NCBI GenBank assembly: GCA_002633005.1 | Contig: NMRA01000078.1 | Span: 1,029,508 to 1,093,507 of the forward strand | Length of the DNA: 64,000 nucleotides | DNA from: Phoronis australis | Lineage: Eukaryota > Animalia > Phoronida | Reading direction: 5' to 3' | Position numbers and translations under genes: made by a program | Notes under the pieces: model-generated | What the model was told of the DNA's origin: nothing | Seen by the model: the letters and a program-made list of their open reading frames with translations, nothing else | Databases searched by the model: none | Shown here: positions 26,201 through 41,200 of the stretch, piece by piece | Position numbering within the stretch: position 1 is the stretch's first letter | Layout: each line of letters begins with the position of its first letter

Positions 26201-29200
26201 ACATCCGAAACGAGGATCTGACCTCTGGGCGCTGCATCTGTAAGACGTATCCATTTTGAATGTTGTCATAGTTACAAAGCCAGGTATAGAAACTCACTTG
26301 AAAAATGCAGGATGTGTACGGTGTACGAAAAATACTGCTTTTTACTTTCAATACTTTGGCAGAAACTTATGTACAAATGTCCACTGCTGACTTCAAAAGG
26401 GCTTTTCACACTACAGTTACCCTAGACTAAGTTACTTTTGAAACAAGTTGTGACTGGGTTTAGTGGTACTGTGGACACTACTTTCACTGGGACAATTTAA
26501 CATGCGTGTGACCACCTACCCCAGCTTATGGGTGTAAGGTAAATTGTTCTAAGGGTAATTTGCTTCAGTGCAAGTTGTGGTGTGGACACAAACCTGCTGA
26601 CGAGGCGAAAGAAACTACCATCTGTGCGCTTGCTCAGTTACACCCTTAGGGATGTCTATTATTTTTTGCATCAGGTTTGTCACACAGTGTAGGGTGTATA
26701 GTAGAGAAGTTTGACTGAACAGGGTCAAGTTGCAATACGACAAGGGTAACTGACATAGTTTGGAGACGACTTACATTGAAGTCATATAGTTAGCCGGAAT
26801 GATAAATATCATCCACACTGGACCGCCTTTTTATTAGAAGCAGTACACCTGGTATTGGCCAAGATGAGTGTATCGTCAGGTGTATTTATATTTTAATATG
26901 GCAAATTATTTATAAGCTGGGTATATGAAGGTGGGTGCTCAATTTACACGTTAACCTTAGTGGAAGTGTTTTTGCGGGCTTGTGATTGTTTTGGCTACAA
27001 CCAGACTGATACGAGCTTTAAAACGCACCTTCAGCCTGGGTTTAAATTGAGAAATTCAAGTCAGGGAGTGGATGAATGGAACACTTAACTTGATTCGCTG
27101 ATTGACCTTTTCGCGGATGGAAGATGATATGAAATAGCCCTGCCACAGCTGACGAAACACATTCGGTGCAATCACTAGGTGGTGGGGTGGCTGGATATCC
27201 CATAATTCTGGGCTCTATGATTTGCATGCATGCAGTTTTCACCATTCATTGATGTGACAACTCATGACGACTTCATGCACAACCGATAAAATGAACTCTT
27301 GGATAAGTGCCAATTTCTTCTCCAGTCGCAGCCAAGGTGTCAGCGTTCCTGCTAACATTTCGTAATCGTCAGAGCAATTTGTCGCGATGTTACTTTGTGG
27401 AGGTCCAAGGAGAAATGACTTCTGATCAGGTACGTGATGCAGAAAAGTGGGTAACTCAAAAGTCACCCATAGGTGGCGCTTAATGGAAACAGTAGTCTTT
27501 AATTTACCTGTGTATCCATGCATTCAGGAGTTGGGCTGGCTGAGCATGTTTAAGAATTATCAAATATTGCAGTCTGATGATAATATTTTGGTATTGCTTT
27601 GATATTTTATAGATACTTCGAGTGAGATATGTGGGTGTGCTTAATACCTGAGCTTTGCAGTGTTGTTGTTGGTATTGACCTTGGTTTGTCACATGTATGG
27701 ACTGGACAAACAAGACTTATATAAACTAGTGACCAGCATATTGCAGTAATACCGCTTTGTTATGTATTCCAAGGAAGGGGGGGTCATAGGAGAAATTATG
27801 TTAATACTCATTTAGCATGCCATTTGTGGCTAACTGAGAGTAATACTTCATAGTGGTCCGAGGCAACTAATAATATCTTGCATATTGCTTTCTCCATTCA
27901 TGGCAAAGAGTGGGTTTTACAGAACTTAACCCTCTGAAATTATCAATCCAGGACTAAGTTTTTGTACAATATTATGAGCAGGTGGAAGCCTTCGCCAAAA
28001 TAATATAAAACAGTCATAAAGTAGATTTTCTGTCTTTATACAAGCATCCATATTTGGCTTTGTGCAATTTGAGCGTAGTTGCTTATAATTTTGGGGATGG
28101 ATTAAGTCATGGGTGTTGTTCACACCTAACAGGCCTTTTGAAATTGTCCTAGGAGGTCTATGGAAGCAGTTCTTTGTGAACACTGCAACTGTCTCAGTTG
28201 GATTGTGGAAGTAAACACAGATTAACCAAGGGTTTATGGTCATGACTGATAAGATAATTGTTTTATTACTCCCCATGAATTATGAATAGCTGAGCCTGGA
28301 ATGTTTAACATTCCCTAACCTAGGCTTCCTACAGATCAGGGTGTACTACCCTTTTCCTGCATGACTCTTACTTGCATTCTCATTGACAACATCCTTTCCC
28401 ATGTGCGATGTTCTTTTGCTTATGGGCTGTGGGACTTTTCTCTTAAAGTGTTGTTCAGTTCTTGTGAACTTCATCTTTTTCTCATAAGCCATATTAAACG
28501 TAGCCGAACCGTATTCAGATACAGTCTAAGTCAATGTTCTTCGACTCAAACATTGTATGGAATATGTGATCTCTCAGATATCTCAATAGAAAAGTTAATG
28601 TTAGGATGATTTTAGAACTGTCACTGGTAGATAATTGGTGATTCGTGACGAATGACAAAGGGCACGGGGAGACTTAGAATGTAGTAGTTGATATCTGAGC
28701 TAAGTTCAATTTATAAACAGCTGCCATTTGATGTTGAAACAAAATTGTAATGTCTTATCCGTGCTACTAATGGCAAAGATTAATCCACAAAATGGTGTTT
28801 GTCATAGTTCAAGTTTTGGCTCGTAACTCTTGTCGTGCTCGTGTCTGCACATCTGTCAAGTGCGGTCTTCCGGAATGTTATCTAACACCCTTTAACTACA
28901 GGGGATTCAGTCAGCCCAGAATCGTGGAAGAAGTACCACAAAGTGCTATATATTTTGTTGAAAAACATCTTTCAAAGTGTGGATTACGAGAAGAGCACTG
29001 ATTTCGTAGAAATTCTATTGGAGTTTTCAATAAAAGCACTGTACAGATTGTGAGAAAAGAATTTCTGATATAATGTGAATGCATATGCAAGCAATGAGGG
29101 AGAGAAATGGCTTTACCTACAGATGTCGCCACTGTGCAAAGTGGCCAAATCTATGCACAGACTGACGTTTGACTCACATTTCCTTCTTTCGTTCCAGATA

Positions 29201-32200
29201 TTCTCCTCCAACTGTTTTCCAGTTGAAAAACAGAGCAAGCACATTCTTGACCTCACTATCTTACCGCAAGGGACGACCACACGCTACTACGCCACCGTAC
29301 CGGACAATATTGATGGTAATTATCTTTATTTCATCCCATAATGCATTCTGACCTGGGAAAAAGTAGAGACTTTTCACTCTTCCGAATCAAAAAAATATTG
29401 TTCAAAATAAGCAAAACTACATTCCTAGAACAGTAAGTTTATTCGGTACACTGACACCAGATGGATGGTTGCCAAAATTCTAAATTTCTGCGATGACAGA
29501 AAACGATGTTTGACATGGAGTTAATTGAGTTTATGAAATTGTCATATTTCAGTAATGTTTCATTGAGACCGCATTGTGATTGACAATGAAATTAGAAACA
29601 AATAGATTTTATCTTTTGACGACAGGAAGTGAGGTTCGGAAGCACGTTGAGGTTTTGTATTTTGAATTACATATAACGATTTTTGTTGGCTAGTTGTACC
29701 AAATGATGTTACGATCGTTCTTAGTTTTTTCCATGGAATGCCATTTTTACAGTGGCTAAATTGTCTCAGAATTAAAATGCGTAAAGCTGCAATGTAGTTG
29801 TGGATTTGATCCCTGATTTCATGTTGGTTTGGGCTAAAGGTTGGAATATGGGGCTCCTGATTTTTTAAAAAAGCTTGATTTGATCAGAAATAAATATTAC
29901 GTGGTGGTCGTGCAAAGATGACACGGAATTTATGGTTTCTGCCCAGAAGGTGCATTCATTATCAGGTATTATTACACAACCAACCAATGGTACATCATTT
30001 AGGCATGATATCTTGAGATAAACTTTAACATTGCCCAAGCCGGTTGTGGAATACCATTTCATTCATGCCACCCGGAGGTCAGAGGTTGCTATTCGCGACC
30101 TGACCAATGGAACGCTGTAGAAACCACTGACCCTGACTACAAAGCAAGCAGACGATCAAAGCAGGTAGATGAAAAGTGACTGAAAGAACCTTCAGTGGTT
30201 GTAAAATAAACAAAATATACGTCGATCCCTCAGGCATATCAAATCATGTGTACCTTTGTCAGTCCATATGACCCGACATCAGATTCCACATTTTGCGTTT
30301 TTGTATCGTGTAAGGTTGGCGAGATCTTGCGAGACCATGGTTAAGTGCACTGCAAGATTTCACTGGTGCTTTGCGAGCAGTAGTCTTGGATGTTTCTAGT
30401 GTGCATCAGGCATAATTTCAATGTTGAGTTGGAGAAAATGATGTGCAAAGACGGAGTTTATAACCAATATTGACGTTCCGTCACGAAAATTACTCGGTCT
30501 CGCATGATAGTAGCGTTATACAATTACAACACGCCATTGTTTAACTATGAGCCGATATTTTAATTGATTGTTTGTCGCCTGTTATCAGAGTCTCATAGTG
30601 CCAGGCTGTGGAAACCCGTCATAGTGCGCCGTGTGGCGTACGCTACAAAGGAACTCACCATCTACATCAACCCAGCCCCACCCAAATTCGGTTTCCAGTG
30701 GTATGAAATGTACCTAGTGAGACTACCTGATTACTATAAAGCTGGCCAGGTAGTTGACTTCGTATGACCATGTATCTGTTTCATGAAAACTGACTTGAAA
30801 CTTTTGTCTAAAATTTCGTTTTACACTCTCACTTCTAGATATTATTTTTACGTAAATTTTAGCACCTCAAAAGTTATAGTAATATTTTGTACACATCATT
30901 TAGTTACCCAGCGACAGTGGTTATATGTTGTGAGACTTTTTACCTTGCTCAAGTCAGATTGAATTATTTTTCGTAAATACGTGCGTGAAGCAAAAGACGA
31001 AATATCTGACCCAAGTCTTAGGTCACTTCTCATGAAACAGACCCCATATCTCGTGTTTGTTGTGTGTGTGGTTTGGGGACACCTGGGCTGGCTTACATAA
31101 AACTTCCAAGATTTAGCTGTTGGATAATTTTGATTGTTGAAAGACGACAAGTGCATTCTCAACAAAGGTGATGCGACACGAGAAAACGCGATGTCAGTGT
31201 TTATATCCAGCTTATAACCTCATGCAGAAAGGCTTTTACATCCTGCAGAAGATATGACAGTCTTTCTGCTGTTGTTCACTTTGGGAGATAAGGGATTCGA
31301 TCTCATGAGCAGCTGAGAAAATTTATTAAAAGCTACAACTGACTCAGAGTTAGATAAAGTGGTTGAATTGGATACATTTGTTTGACAGCTGCCTTGCTAT
31401 TTAGGGTATTCGTTTTAGAAGATCTAACAATTAGTTTCAAAATAATCGGAGTTCATTCCTCTTGCAAAAATGTTTGAAATAAAAATGTTATTGATGAAAT
31501 TAAACCTTATCTAATCATGATCTTTTATTGCAAATTGTTAAATTAAAAAAAAATTCACCCCAGTTCTGGCACAAACGCTGATATAGTATTCAAGCTACAT
31601 TTCATCCTGTTCAGCTGGCTAAAAACTGAAAATCAAATGAGGGCCTTTGTCTCGTTATCAAGACTGAAGAACATACAAATCCAGGACAGGTCGAGAAACC
31701 CCTTGGAAAACCGTTGATTTTTATTGGAGGTGGCTAACTTCGAAATTCGAAAATGGCGTGCAGGAACTTCCATTCAAAACTAAATCAGTCATGTGAGACA
31801 ACTCTGATCAGCTTTAGTTTTGACTCTAACGTCTCTTGGTCAAAGAACTCTATGTTAAGCTCTTTCACTGACGCCACCTTTTGGCGACTCCACTACACGA
31901 CTCACTTGAATGCCAACGTCACAGTTTGTCTATTTTTAGCTGTACAAGCAGGGGCTATTTACAACATTTACGACCACCTTGTGTTGGTCTTTTGCTTGAC
32001 AGAAAATATTTTTTTGAGAATTAGTGATTTTTTTCTTGAACATGATTCAGATTTATGCCAACCAGACTTGAGTTTCAACTACCTGACAATGTACGCAAAC
32101 ATTTAGTATCATAGAATTTTCGATTTTCTGTTTGCAAATATCAACAATTTTGTAGTCTTTTTTGTTTGTGCTCTCAATTTTTTTTATTTATTTGGCACTG

Positions 32201-35200
32201 GAAAGTGTGCCACGCACTAGAAAGTTGACAGGGAGAGAGTTAAAGTGACCACTAAACAGGGTGACTGCAGCTTTAACCAAAGCGCTTTGGGCCACTGTTT
32301 AAAAACATTACCACACTTGTCCAATTTTGAAGTGTTGCCGAATGTGCCGACAACTCAAGTCAGGGGCAAAGAATGTGGCATTTTCAAATTCGCTTCCTTA
32401 GGATCAGCTAGTCAGTTAAGTATTGAGGCGTTTCCTTGAGTCATTGATCAGGTGTCAATGTTCTTGTTTGTCATGGAAATGGAATCCTATCACTCTGAGG
32501 ACCATTATGAGAATAAAAGGCTTAATTTGGTTTTTGTTTTTGGCCAGCATATACAAAAATGTTGATGAAACTCCAAGATGTGTGCTTTATACACTGGTCT
32601 CTAAAACGCTTTTTAGGAATTGTTTTAAACTGTTCTCCATGTCTGCATAGCAAGTAGCACCATGTAGTAATAAAAACAACAATAGTTGTAAAACGGCTTG
32701 ACATATTTCGGTGTCATTTATGTTCTACTTTTTCGTAAGGAGCTATCATCAAAAATTAGGACTTTATGATTTTGATGAAAAAATTAATTAGTTATAATTG
32801 CATAAAACTAAAACGAAATGATAATTTAGAAAACTGTAACAGTGTCTTGATATTTTACGAAATTTTGTCTAGTTGTTATTAATCCTACTGTTTTGCTATG
32901 ATGAATATATCTTTCTTTTTTTGCTAAATTTCCTTAAAAACAAGAGCCTATTAAGTGGCAGATTGGTATAATGTCAATAATCAAATTCTACGGAATTGAT
33001 GCTTTCAGAAAATAATATATATTTTATCCGAGTTAAATTCTATATTTTGGGAGATATTTAGCTAAATGCACAAACCCATCGACGTTTTTATAAGAACTCG
33101 GTGTATTTTTAAGGGTTTTACATCGAAATTGATGATTTATAAACAATGAATTTTCAAACGATAAGCCGACACCAATAACCCGTGTTGTGAACTGCTGAAC
33201 TGTTAGACTGCATGTGAAACCAATTACGTCATTGAATAATTTCAAAACCTCCGTCTGCCGTCAGGTATCAGGTAACGCAACCGAACCTGCCGTTATCAAG
33301 TAGAACTACTCGATCTAAATTGATACAGAATAGGTTGTTTTTTGGGTGGCATTCTCCTTTAATTTCCTTTTTTCTGCGTTATTGTCACGTAGCCAGTACC
33401 TGGGAGATCTCTCCAAAGCACACAGTCACTCACATGTTACTGAATTGCTAAATGCTGCATTGTGGGATGTCCATGGTCATGTGATATGCAATTGGTGGTG
33501 GTGATTGGTAATGATTGACTTGCTGCTTGTACCCGTCTCCTGACACTCTGGCTAGCAGTTTTATGTGCTTCACAGTGTATGTCTAGACCTCGTCGCAAAA
33601 CTGAAGTGAATGGTCTTTCTCTGTTTACTGCTTGGGCAGTCAACGTGCACGTGACAAGTCAATTCTCTGCCTAAGATTTTTCCGTGTTATATTTCGTATG
33701 AGCAGTGAAGAGCTTTCCGGCACTGATGCTGCGCTTTTTCAAAATTCACACAAGCTGTCTTTAGTCTTACATAACTATTGATTTCGGCCAATTTACCATG
33801 GTAACACTGATCTGAAGTTGTCCACACACAGTTCACAGCTGATTTTTGGGCTTGTAAAAATCTGGAGCTCATTATTTTAGGAGGTTAGGCTCAATAAGGC
33901 AGCTAGACCGTGCATGTTACTGTGTGCATTTTTGATACAGTACAGCCCCTGACTTATTAGATGTCCGGGCTGCATCCAGTCTGGTTAGTCATGACCTTAA
34001 CTGGAGACAGACCGGAGAGTGAGGTGTGAATCGACCATGACAACTGGCATGAGCGTCAGCGTGACTGTGCCTGGAGCTTACTGTGAGTTATGCGTGAACA
34101 AAGCGCGAGCCTTGAGCGGGGCAGGAGTTTCCCTGCCTGCACTGCAGCCGAGACAGTCTTAACTGCTATCCTCACTAGTTTATCTTGACAAAACACCGTA
34201 TCGTATTTCTGGTGATGTTTCTCGTCTTGACTAGGACACTATTTTAAATTAAGATTTAATTTAGCTTTGTCTCAGCACGTTACCAAGAGAGTTTATTACG
34301 ACCAAATTGTTTGCCATTGAATAGAAGAGAAATCAAGAGCCTTGAAATATGAAGTAATGCGCTTAAAACAAAAGATGCGCTTGCGACATTACAAAATCGG
34401 AATTTCTAGCTACTCAATACTTATAATTGTTTGAAAACTTGATAGTTTCAAGGTTGCTGTGCAGGGATTTTGAACTTTGAACTGTTTAAAGCGTGACAAA
34501 AAGGAAAAAGTCGATGGAAATGGTAACTAATGGCTATACACAAAAGAAGGAATGTGACAAGCAAAAAACACAGTCAAGTAGTTACAGTATTGGTAATGAG
34601 GAAAGAAAATGATTCCAAAATACTTTTCATTTCAACATGGTCATTCCTTGCGTCAGTACTTTACACTTAGCTGAACTCGCCCATCCCAGGTCGCCAAATG
34701 AAAACAGATCACCGAAATTGAGATCATAAATTGACTTATTATTGTGTTTTCTTAGAGCGATAGGTCCAAACACACGTTGATTTTAAACTTTTTCCGATTT
34801 ATTCGCTGTAGTAATTTTGACATGGACAGTGTTGGATTTTGTTGCCCGTTGTGTTTGTTACTGCGGAATGTTACAGTTGCCAGAGGCAAATAACTAATAG
34901 TCGGATACAGGAGGATAACAGCAACAGACCCCACACTCTTGGGCCAAGTTTTAGAGACAGTTAAAATTTGGGTATATGAAAAATTAGAGGAAAGCTTAAG
35001 TTTTGAGTGCAAGTTGAAAACTTAAAGCTTCTGTAGTTACACCCAATTGAACACAAAATAATATTTAATCATTTTTCATGAGAATCTAATTGACTGTAAA
35101 CGTGTAAAACTTAAAATTTGAAGTACTGTAAGTAAAGGTTTATTTTGGGGTGGTATGGTTCACAAACGGATAGAGCAGTATCGGATTCAGTTTTGCTAGT

Positions 35201-38200
35201 CCCCGACAGAAATTGAGGAAGAAATATGTAGCGCTTCTTTAATTAAGAGCTAAATACACGAGAAAAACAAATGGATAACTTTCTTGGTCTAAAGCATTAC
35301 AATCCTACTGTGACACTCAGATGAATAGCTTTCAAAGTCAACTGAATCATTTGTATTCCGTACACTAATTTATTTGGGAGTAAATTCCACAGCCCAACAC
35401 CTATCTAGCTCGGGCACTTCTGGCTTATGTTTTGATATGAAAATCTGGTATTTGGTAGTTCTTACATGTCAGAGCATAGCACGTGACTTCTGCGAACATT
35501 TATCCCAAATTCCGGCATCATGCATTTGACGTATCAAACAAGTGACCGCTATTAATATTTTACTGAAGAAAGGGATGGTGCTACAAATTATTAAATCGCA
35601 CTAGGGGTTGTAGGGAATGGGGATGCCAGGTGAGGTGCCGTCACCTGCAGAAGAGCGCTTATTGAAATTTTTTGTTCTCGAGTGCGGAGCAAAAATCTAC
35701 AGAGTGACAATACATGCACATGTATCAAGATGCGTAGGCTATTTTAGGGCGAATTAACTATATCCAGCTGTCACGAGTTTCACAGAGTCCTCTGTAAACA
35801 CGGCTGTGAACTCGGGGTGCGTGTGTTTGTCTTTACGAACCACGGTTTAGTCGTTGATGGGACAGGCTTTGTAATCATAAATGGGAAAACAATTGCATGT
35901 AATTGTAATGCCAGACGATCTGAAAGATTACTTTTGAGTTTGACCAACACGTGAAATTACGGAGTTTAAGTCGGAAGCCAGTGTTGAAAGATGATTACTC
36001 AGCCATAACGACGCGCAGATCTAGATGTTACATGTATTTTTATTGGTCCGGTGCACCATCACGGTTACCACATCTACCGAAGGCGTGAAAAAAGCATGAG
36101 GGAAGTGCGAGGAAAGCATGAGGGAGGCATGAGGAAGGCATTAACCGGAGGTAAGCGTGAGAAGGCCGTGACTGATTTTGCTCACGCCTGCGTTCTGGTT
36201 ACGCTCCTGTCTGAGTAGCCGTGAGGCAGACAGGGCCAAGTCTAATAATTCAGTGGCTGTACTGTAAATAAGGCACAATAATTATTACTAGCTGTCTTAG
36301 AAACAGTTTCTACCTTCTCCATTGGCAGAGTCACTGTAGAAGCACCAACATACAAACATACTACTATAGTCACCAACTCCACCTTTTGCATTATTCACAG
36401 AACGTCATCTTGTAATGGTGGCATGGTGTTCACGTGCATTCAAACATTGTAAACGGTCTTATTTTAATTAGAGAATCGTGTTCCGGCTAATGCATGGAAG
36501 CCCAGCATGGCAAGACGTGTTAATTACAAACGCCGTGAGGTGACTATCTACATTCAACCAGCTCCGAAGAGATATCAATTCAACAACTTTGAACTGATCC
36601 TGTTTAAGAAAGACATTGATATGCAGCACGGATGTTATGATTTACCGGTTTGTGTAAAGTTGAACGAAATTTGCCAGTCAGCCAGTTGGCCACCAGTCCA
36701 TCAGTGTAGCCAGTCTGTCAGTGTGAGTTGTGAAATACCAACAATTTTGGCAAACTAATGAAACGTTTCGTTTTTGGGGGTCATTTTTGCTTAGAAGTGA
36801 TAACGTCTGCAGCCACATTCCATCCTAGACTAGTGCTATCACATGACTGCGTGGCCCGAGACTGTCTGACTGTTTGTTGGTAGGGGTATGCCATTTCATC
36901 TCATTACATTATTGCCTTTCCAATTTCTATTGCTGCTAGATTGTGTCTGATGTGATCTCTACTCTGTTCACAGCTAAGCGAGCTTATCTGCTCTATGTAT
37001 TTAATGTTTTGAGTAGACAGACGCGCAAGTCTGTGATTCGTCTATTTCTGACCCATGTGTGTGAACCCGCGCCATTCACTGGCAATGCTGAGGTAATTGT
37101 CCTTTGTATGGATAACGAAAATCGACGCGTACGCATCCTTGAGCATAGATTTCATACGAGTCCTCTAATTCAGAAAACAGAAAGTGTCTTGCTTGCCATC
37201 GTCTGCTTGGTAAGTTGGCTGTGTACTTGTATCTATGATAAACCTAGGAACCAATCTCATATTGGTTCCTAGGATAAACTGAACGTCAGACAGCTTAAAA
37301 TACTGCTCAAGATCCTATATCTTTGTCTGCTAGCGGTTCTGCTTAATATATTGCTGTCCCACAATCCTTTGTGTTTTTGACGTCTTTCGCTATCCGTAAA
37401 AAGTTCAGTGTTATAATTAGTCTTTCTGTCAACTTTATGTTCTCACCGTCACACAAGGTCGCGTTTGGAGACCGTATGAGACGCTATTACTCAGATTTTT
37501 ACTTTAATGTTAGTTGTTTATTTTTTATTTATTATTTAAGTACAGTATTTCTGGTACTAATATGAAGTTTTTCGCGATTATTCTCAATCTGATCTTCAAG
37601 TTTAAATAAATTTTAGTCCAGTGTATTATTAATATTCCGTTTTCTTTCAAACCTCTTCTTCAGCAGTGACTGCTATAGTTAGTATTGTCGTTTTAAAGTA
37701 GCGTCATCATTATGTCACCAAAGGTGTTGTTGATTTTTATTTTAATTGTAATTATTGCACAGTCTTTCATGGGGAATTATTTTTTAATTCTATCCAGCGG
37801 TGCAGATGCTCGAAATGTTACAATGTGTCAAAATACGGTTTCCACAAGGAAATCCTTTGCGCAAACTTGAATGATGAATATTGTATTGATGAGCGTGCGA
37901 TCTAGGTTTAAGGCTTATCCGCTAACGGGTTTTTTGGTCTATGATGGGTTTCATTACTACCTAGGTCTGTAAACGGTTAAAAAACTTCTTGGTCAATTCC
38001 ATCACTAACCACACCTTTGGTGACATCATGTTGAATTATTTTAGTCTGAGCTTGCATTCAGTGGCTAAATCTTACTTCTGTATATTTAGTTAAGTGTAAT
38101 CCCAAGACACTTCTAGTACCCCTGCTGATAGGTGGCTCTGTGTTCTGCCGGTTGTTATAGTCCAGCAGTAATCGTGTGTGTAAACTTTGCAGACGCAAAC

Positions 38201-41200
38201 AACGACGCTGAACTTCACCTTCAAGGGTGTGTCTCAGGGAAGGTACTTCCTACGGGTAAGGACATAGTTCATAGCACGACCTCTAACTCATAATTTCATC
38301 ATAGGACTTTTAGCGAGAGATCAGGTCCACTGTTCACAGCATGTCAAGGTGACGTCTTTGTACGATCATTTTTCTTGTGTTGTACGTTAAATGTATTTAG
38401 CCACATGTCATTCAGATGGTGTCACCTGGTAAGAGCTGAAGTGATGCTGAACTTTTTTCTCTTAGCATATCACCGGTCCAGTGTTATGCAGTTGGCTGAC
38501 AGCAAGGTGATTTGCTAAGTAGCCAAGCTTTTTAGTGAAAAGCTACCTTACGTTGTCGTAGATTCTAAACAAATAAACTTCACTATCAGTAATGCGGGTG
38601 GTTACTGTTTTCTTTAAAAAAGGTAAACGTTTCAAAATTAGTTGGGTGCAGACCAGAACGAATTACTAATTTTCATTGGCCTTACCCAGATTTCTTGAGA
38701 GACATAGCTTGTGTCAGTTTCATGCTCTGAAAAATTGCCGTATAGGGACACCTGTAGGTCTCATCTAGAACTGCCCAAGCTGCAGTGTTGACAGCTTTTA
38801 GCTTTGTTTTTGTTTTGTCTAAGATGAAAATCCTTCGAGAAAGTTGAATATATGAGGCACTTAATGTCTTGAAAAATATTGACTTCATGCTAAAACATTA
38901 CCTAGATCAACTATTATTGCTGTCAAGATTATGTTCTTGCTTTTGTTGAGTGAAACAAGGGCAGAGTGCATGGCATGGTGCAACGGGTGTGCACTCAAAC
39001 TTGCTTTGGTACGTAGTTAGTGACATCATATGTCCTTTAGGTGACCCCCGAGAGTTGTGGCGGCCCAGGACCCGACCACGAGTGTTTCCCCACAGACACT
39101 GACCTATTCAGGATGTTCGGTGAGTGCTGTCATGACCAGAGACCTGTGGGCATGGGAACAATCAAACTACTAAAAAAAACTTATCGACTAATCTTGGCAC
39201 ATGACATTCGAAAATTTAATCAAAGCATTTGACATGATTGGTCAATTATTGAGTCATGTCTCAAATAATGTTACGTGGTCTTGGGACCCATTATCCTGTT
39301 TAATCAAAGGCAGTGCACCTGGTTGAAGGTAAGATTGTCAAAAATGAGTTTTGTACTCGCGTGTAGTTTGGTAGTTTATGAAAATAGTTGACTTTGTGTA
39401 AATTGCATGGTTAAACAACACAACTTTGTCTGTCATGGCCTTGACCTTTGATAAAATGAGGTTGCTCAGTATTGGTCACTAGCAGTCTGTTGTATTTCAT
39501 TAGAAGGTGTCTTTATAGTCAGTCGAAGATTCCTGTACACAAACTATACCTAATAAATCACACAAATGTCCACATGGCGAAAAGTGTGCACATGAGTTTG
39601 TAGCTCAAATCTAGGGGTCATAAAATTGAATTTGGACTAGAGATACATCTGATTAATAAGGTTTTGGTCCATTAAGAGATACTAAAAACAACTTTCCCAT
39701 CCAGTTCTCTGAAACAAAGTAATGCTTTGTAATACTCGACAACCGTCAAAAGTTCAAAGGAAAATTTATAAACTCCTTTCAAAGTCTGCTAGACGGGGAA
39801 CCGTGTTCTATGCTTTTACCGAATTACACGGCAACTGTGAGAAAAGACAAACCACCAAGGACCATAAAGTCCAATTTGTGACATAGGGAGTATGAGTTTT
39901 TAATTGATTCCTGCATTTAACTTGGAAGGTTGACGCCAATGATGCATTAGCAGGTGACAGGTTGAAGATTGGTTGAAATCATCAAAACAGGGTTTAGTGT
40001 CCTTTTTAGTGGTACTTGGGGACACAACCATAAACACTTATCTTGAGAGTAGAATGGAAAATCTGACTGCACTGTCTGTTAAATTCCTTTTATCAAAATT
40101 TTCAGCGAGAGTAAACAAGAAGACAACTTTAGCTAATATACTGATTGTCATCAATAAATGCACACTCAGGGAAACTTTGTACAATTTTGGTGTTGATGTG
40201 AGCGTTAGAAAAATGAAATATGACCGTTTTGGCCGTGTTCTGCTTTGGAGGAAATTTTGCCTTCATGTTGACCTTGGCTTAGAGATCTTTCGTAATCTGG
40301 GTCAGGGACCACACCAATGAGAGTTTTTCTAAGTTAAAACTTATTTTTTCTTTGACAGAGAGTATTGTGCATATCATCTTTTAATGAGAAAGCGGGTAAC
40401 TTTTATAATGTCTCGTTTGATCGTCTTGTTGAAACATCTCCTCCAGTGGTATCACCCATTGAGTTAGGTGTGGGAGCTGCAGGGACAGCCATTAGTCCCT
40501 GCTAGGGGCAGTCACAGGGGGCATGTTGAGTAATGGTGTAATACTTGCAATCCACCCGAGGTCAAAATCTCAGATTATGCGATGAAGATACTGAGTTACC
40601 ATAATATTTTCCGATAATTTAACATTCCAATTATCCACCCAATAACCTTCACTTGTGACCTCTTTGTCGTCGTTAATTCTTTTCCGATTGCCATGACTTT
40701 ACTTAACAAAATTGTAGCGAGATTGGGCATTTAACAGGTTCTTGCCTTACTGAATGTACTCTTTTTTTACTACAAATTCAACCATTTCTCCTTCATATGC
40801 TGGGTGCTTTCTATTGGTATGGTGTTCTCCTTTAGGTCCTGATACCCCGGAGTTTCCTATAGTGGTGCCTCCAAGCCCTCCATCTACTGCGCCTCGCCCT
40901 GACAGCACACCAGCTGCTGCTACAACAGCAGCAGAAAGTGTAGAAAGTGAGTGGATGACACCCAGCTCAAAACATGAAAACTTAGTTGTTCCATTGATTG
41001 CTTGACTAAATGTTCTGTAATATTGTAATTTAAAGCTGTGTTCACATTATGGATAGTGGCCTGTTTTGCCTTCAGGTCTGGATATCCCAGAATTTCCTTC
41101 GTCTCCATGACCAGTTTATTATGGAAACTACAACCAGAGTTACGAACTTTAATAAAGCAGGCATTTGAGTGGCAGATATTGCACCTTGTTTTGCCTTCAG

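Noticed and set aside
27500-29060. Decayed L1/Tx1-like LINE
   Set aside because: Only faint hints (C...LW, LYGI); too degraded to support.
33941-34082. Extra exon (…VSVTVPGAY|gtgagt) completing a third ectodomain module between exons A and B
   Set aside because: All frames from the plausible acceptors hit stops, and its phase-1 donor would create TAG with exon B; not fully excluded without transcripts.
36045-36237. Harbinger-like MITE upstream of exon B
   Set aside because: TIR match is weak and there is no matching TSD.
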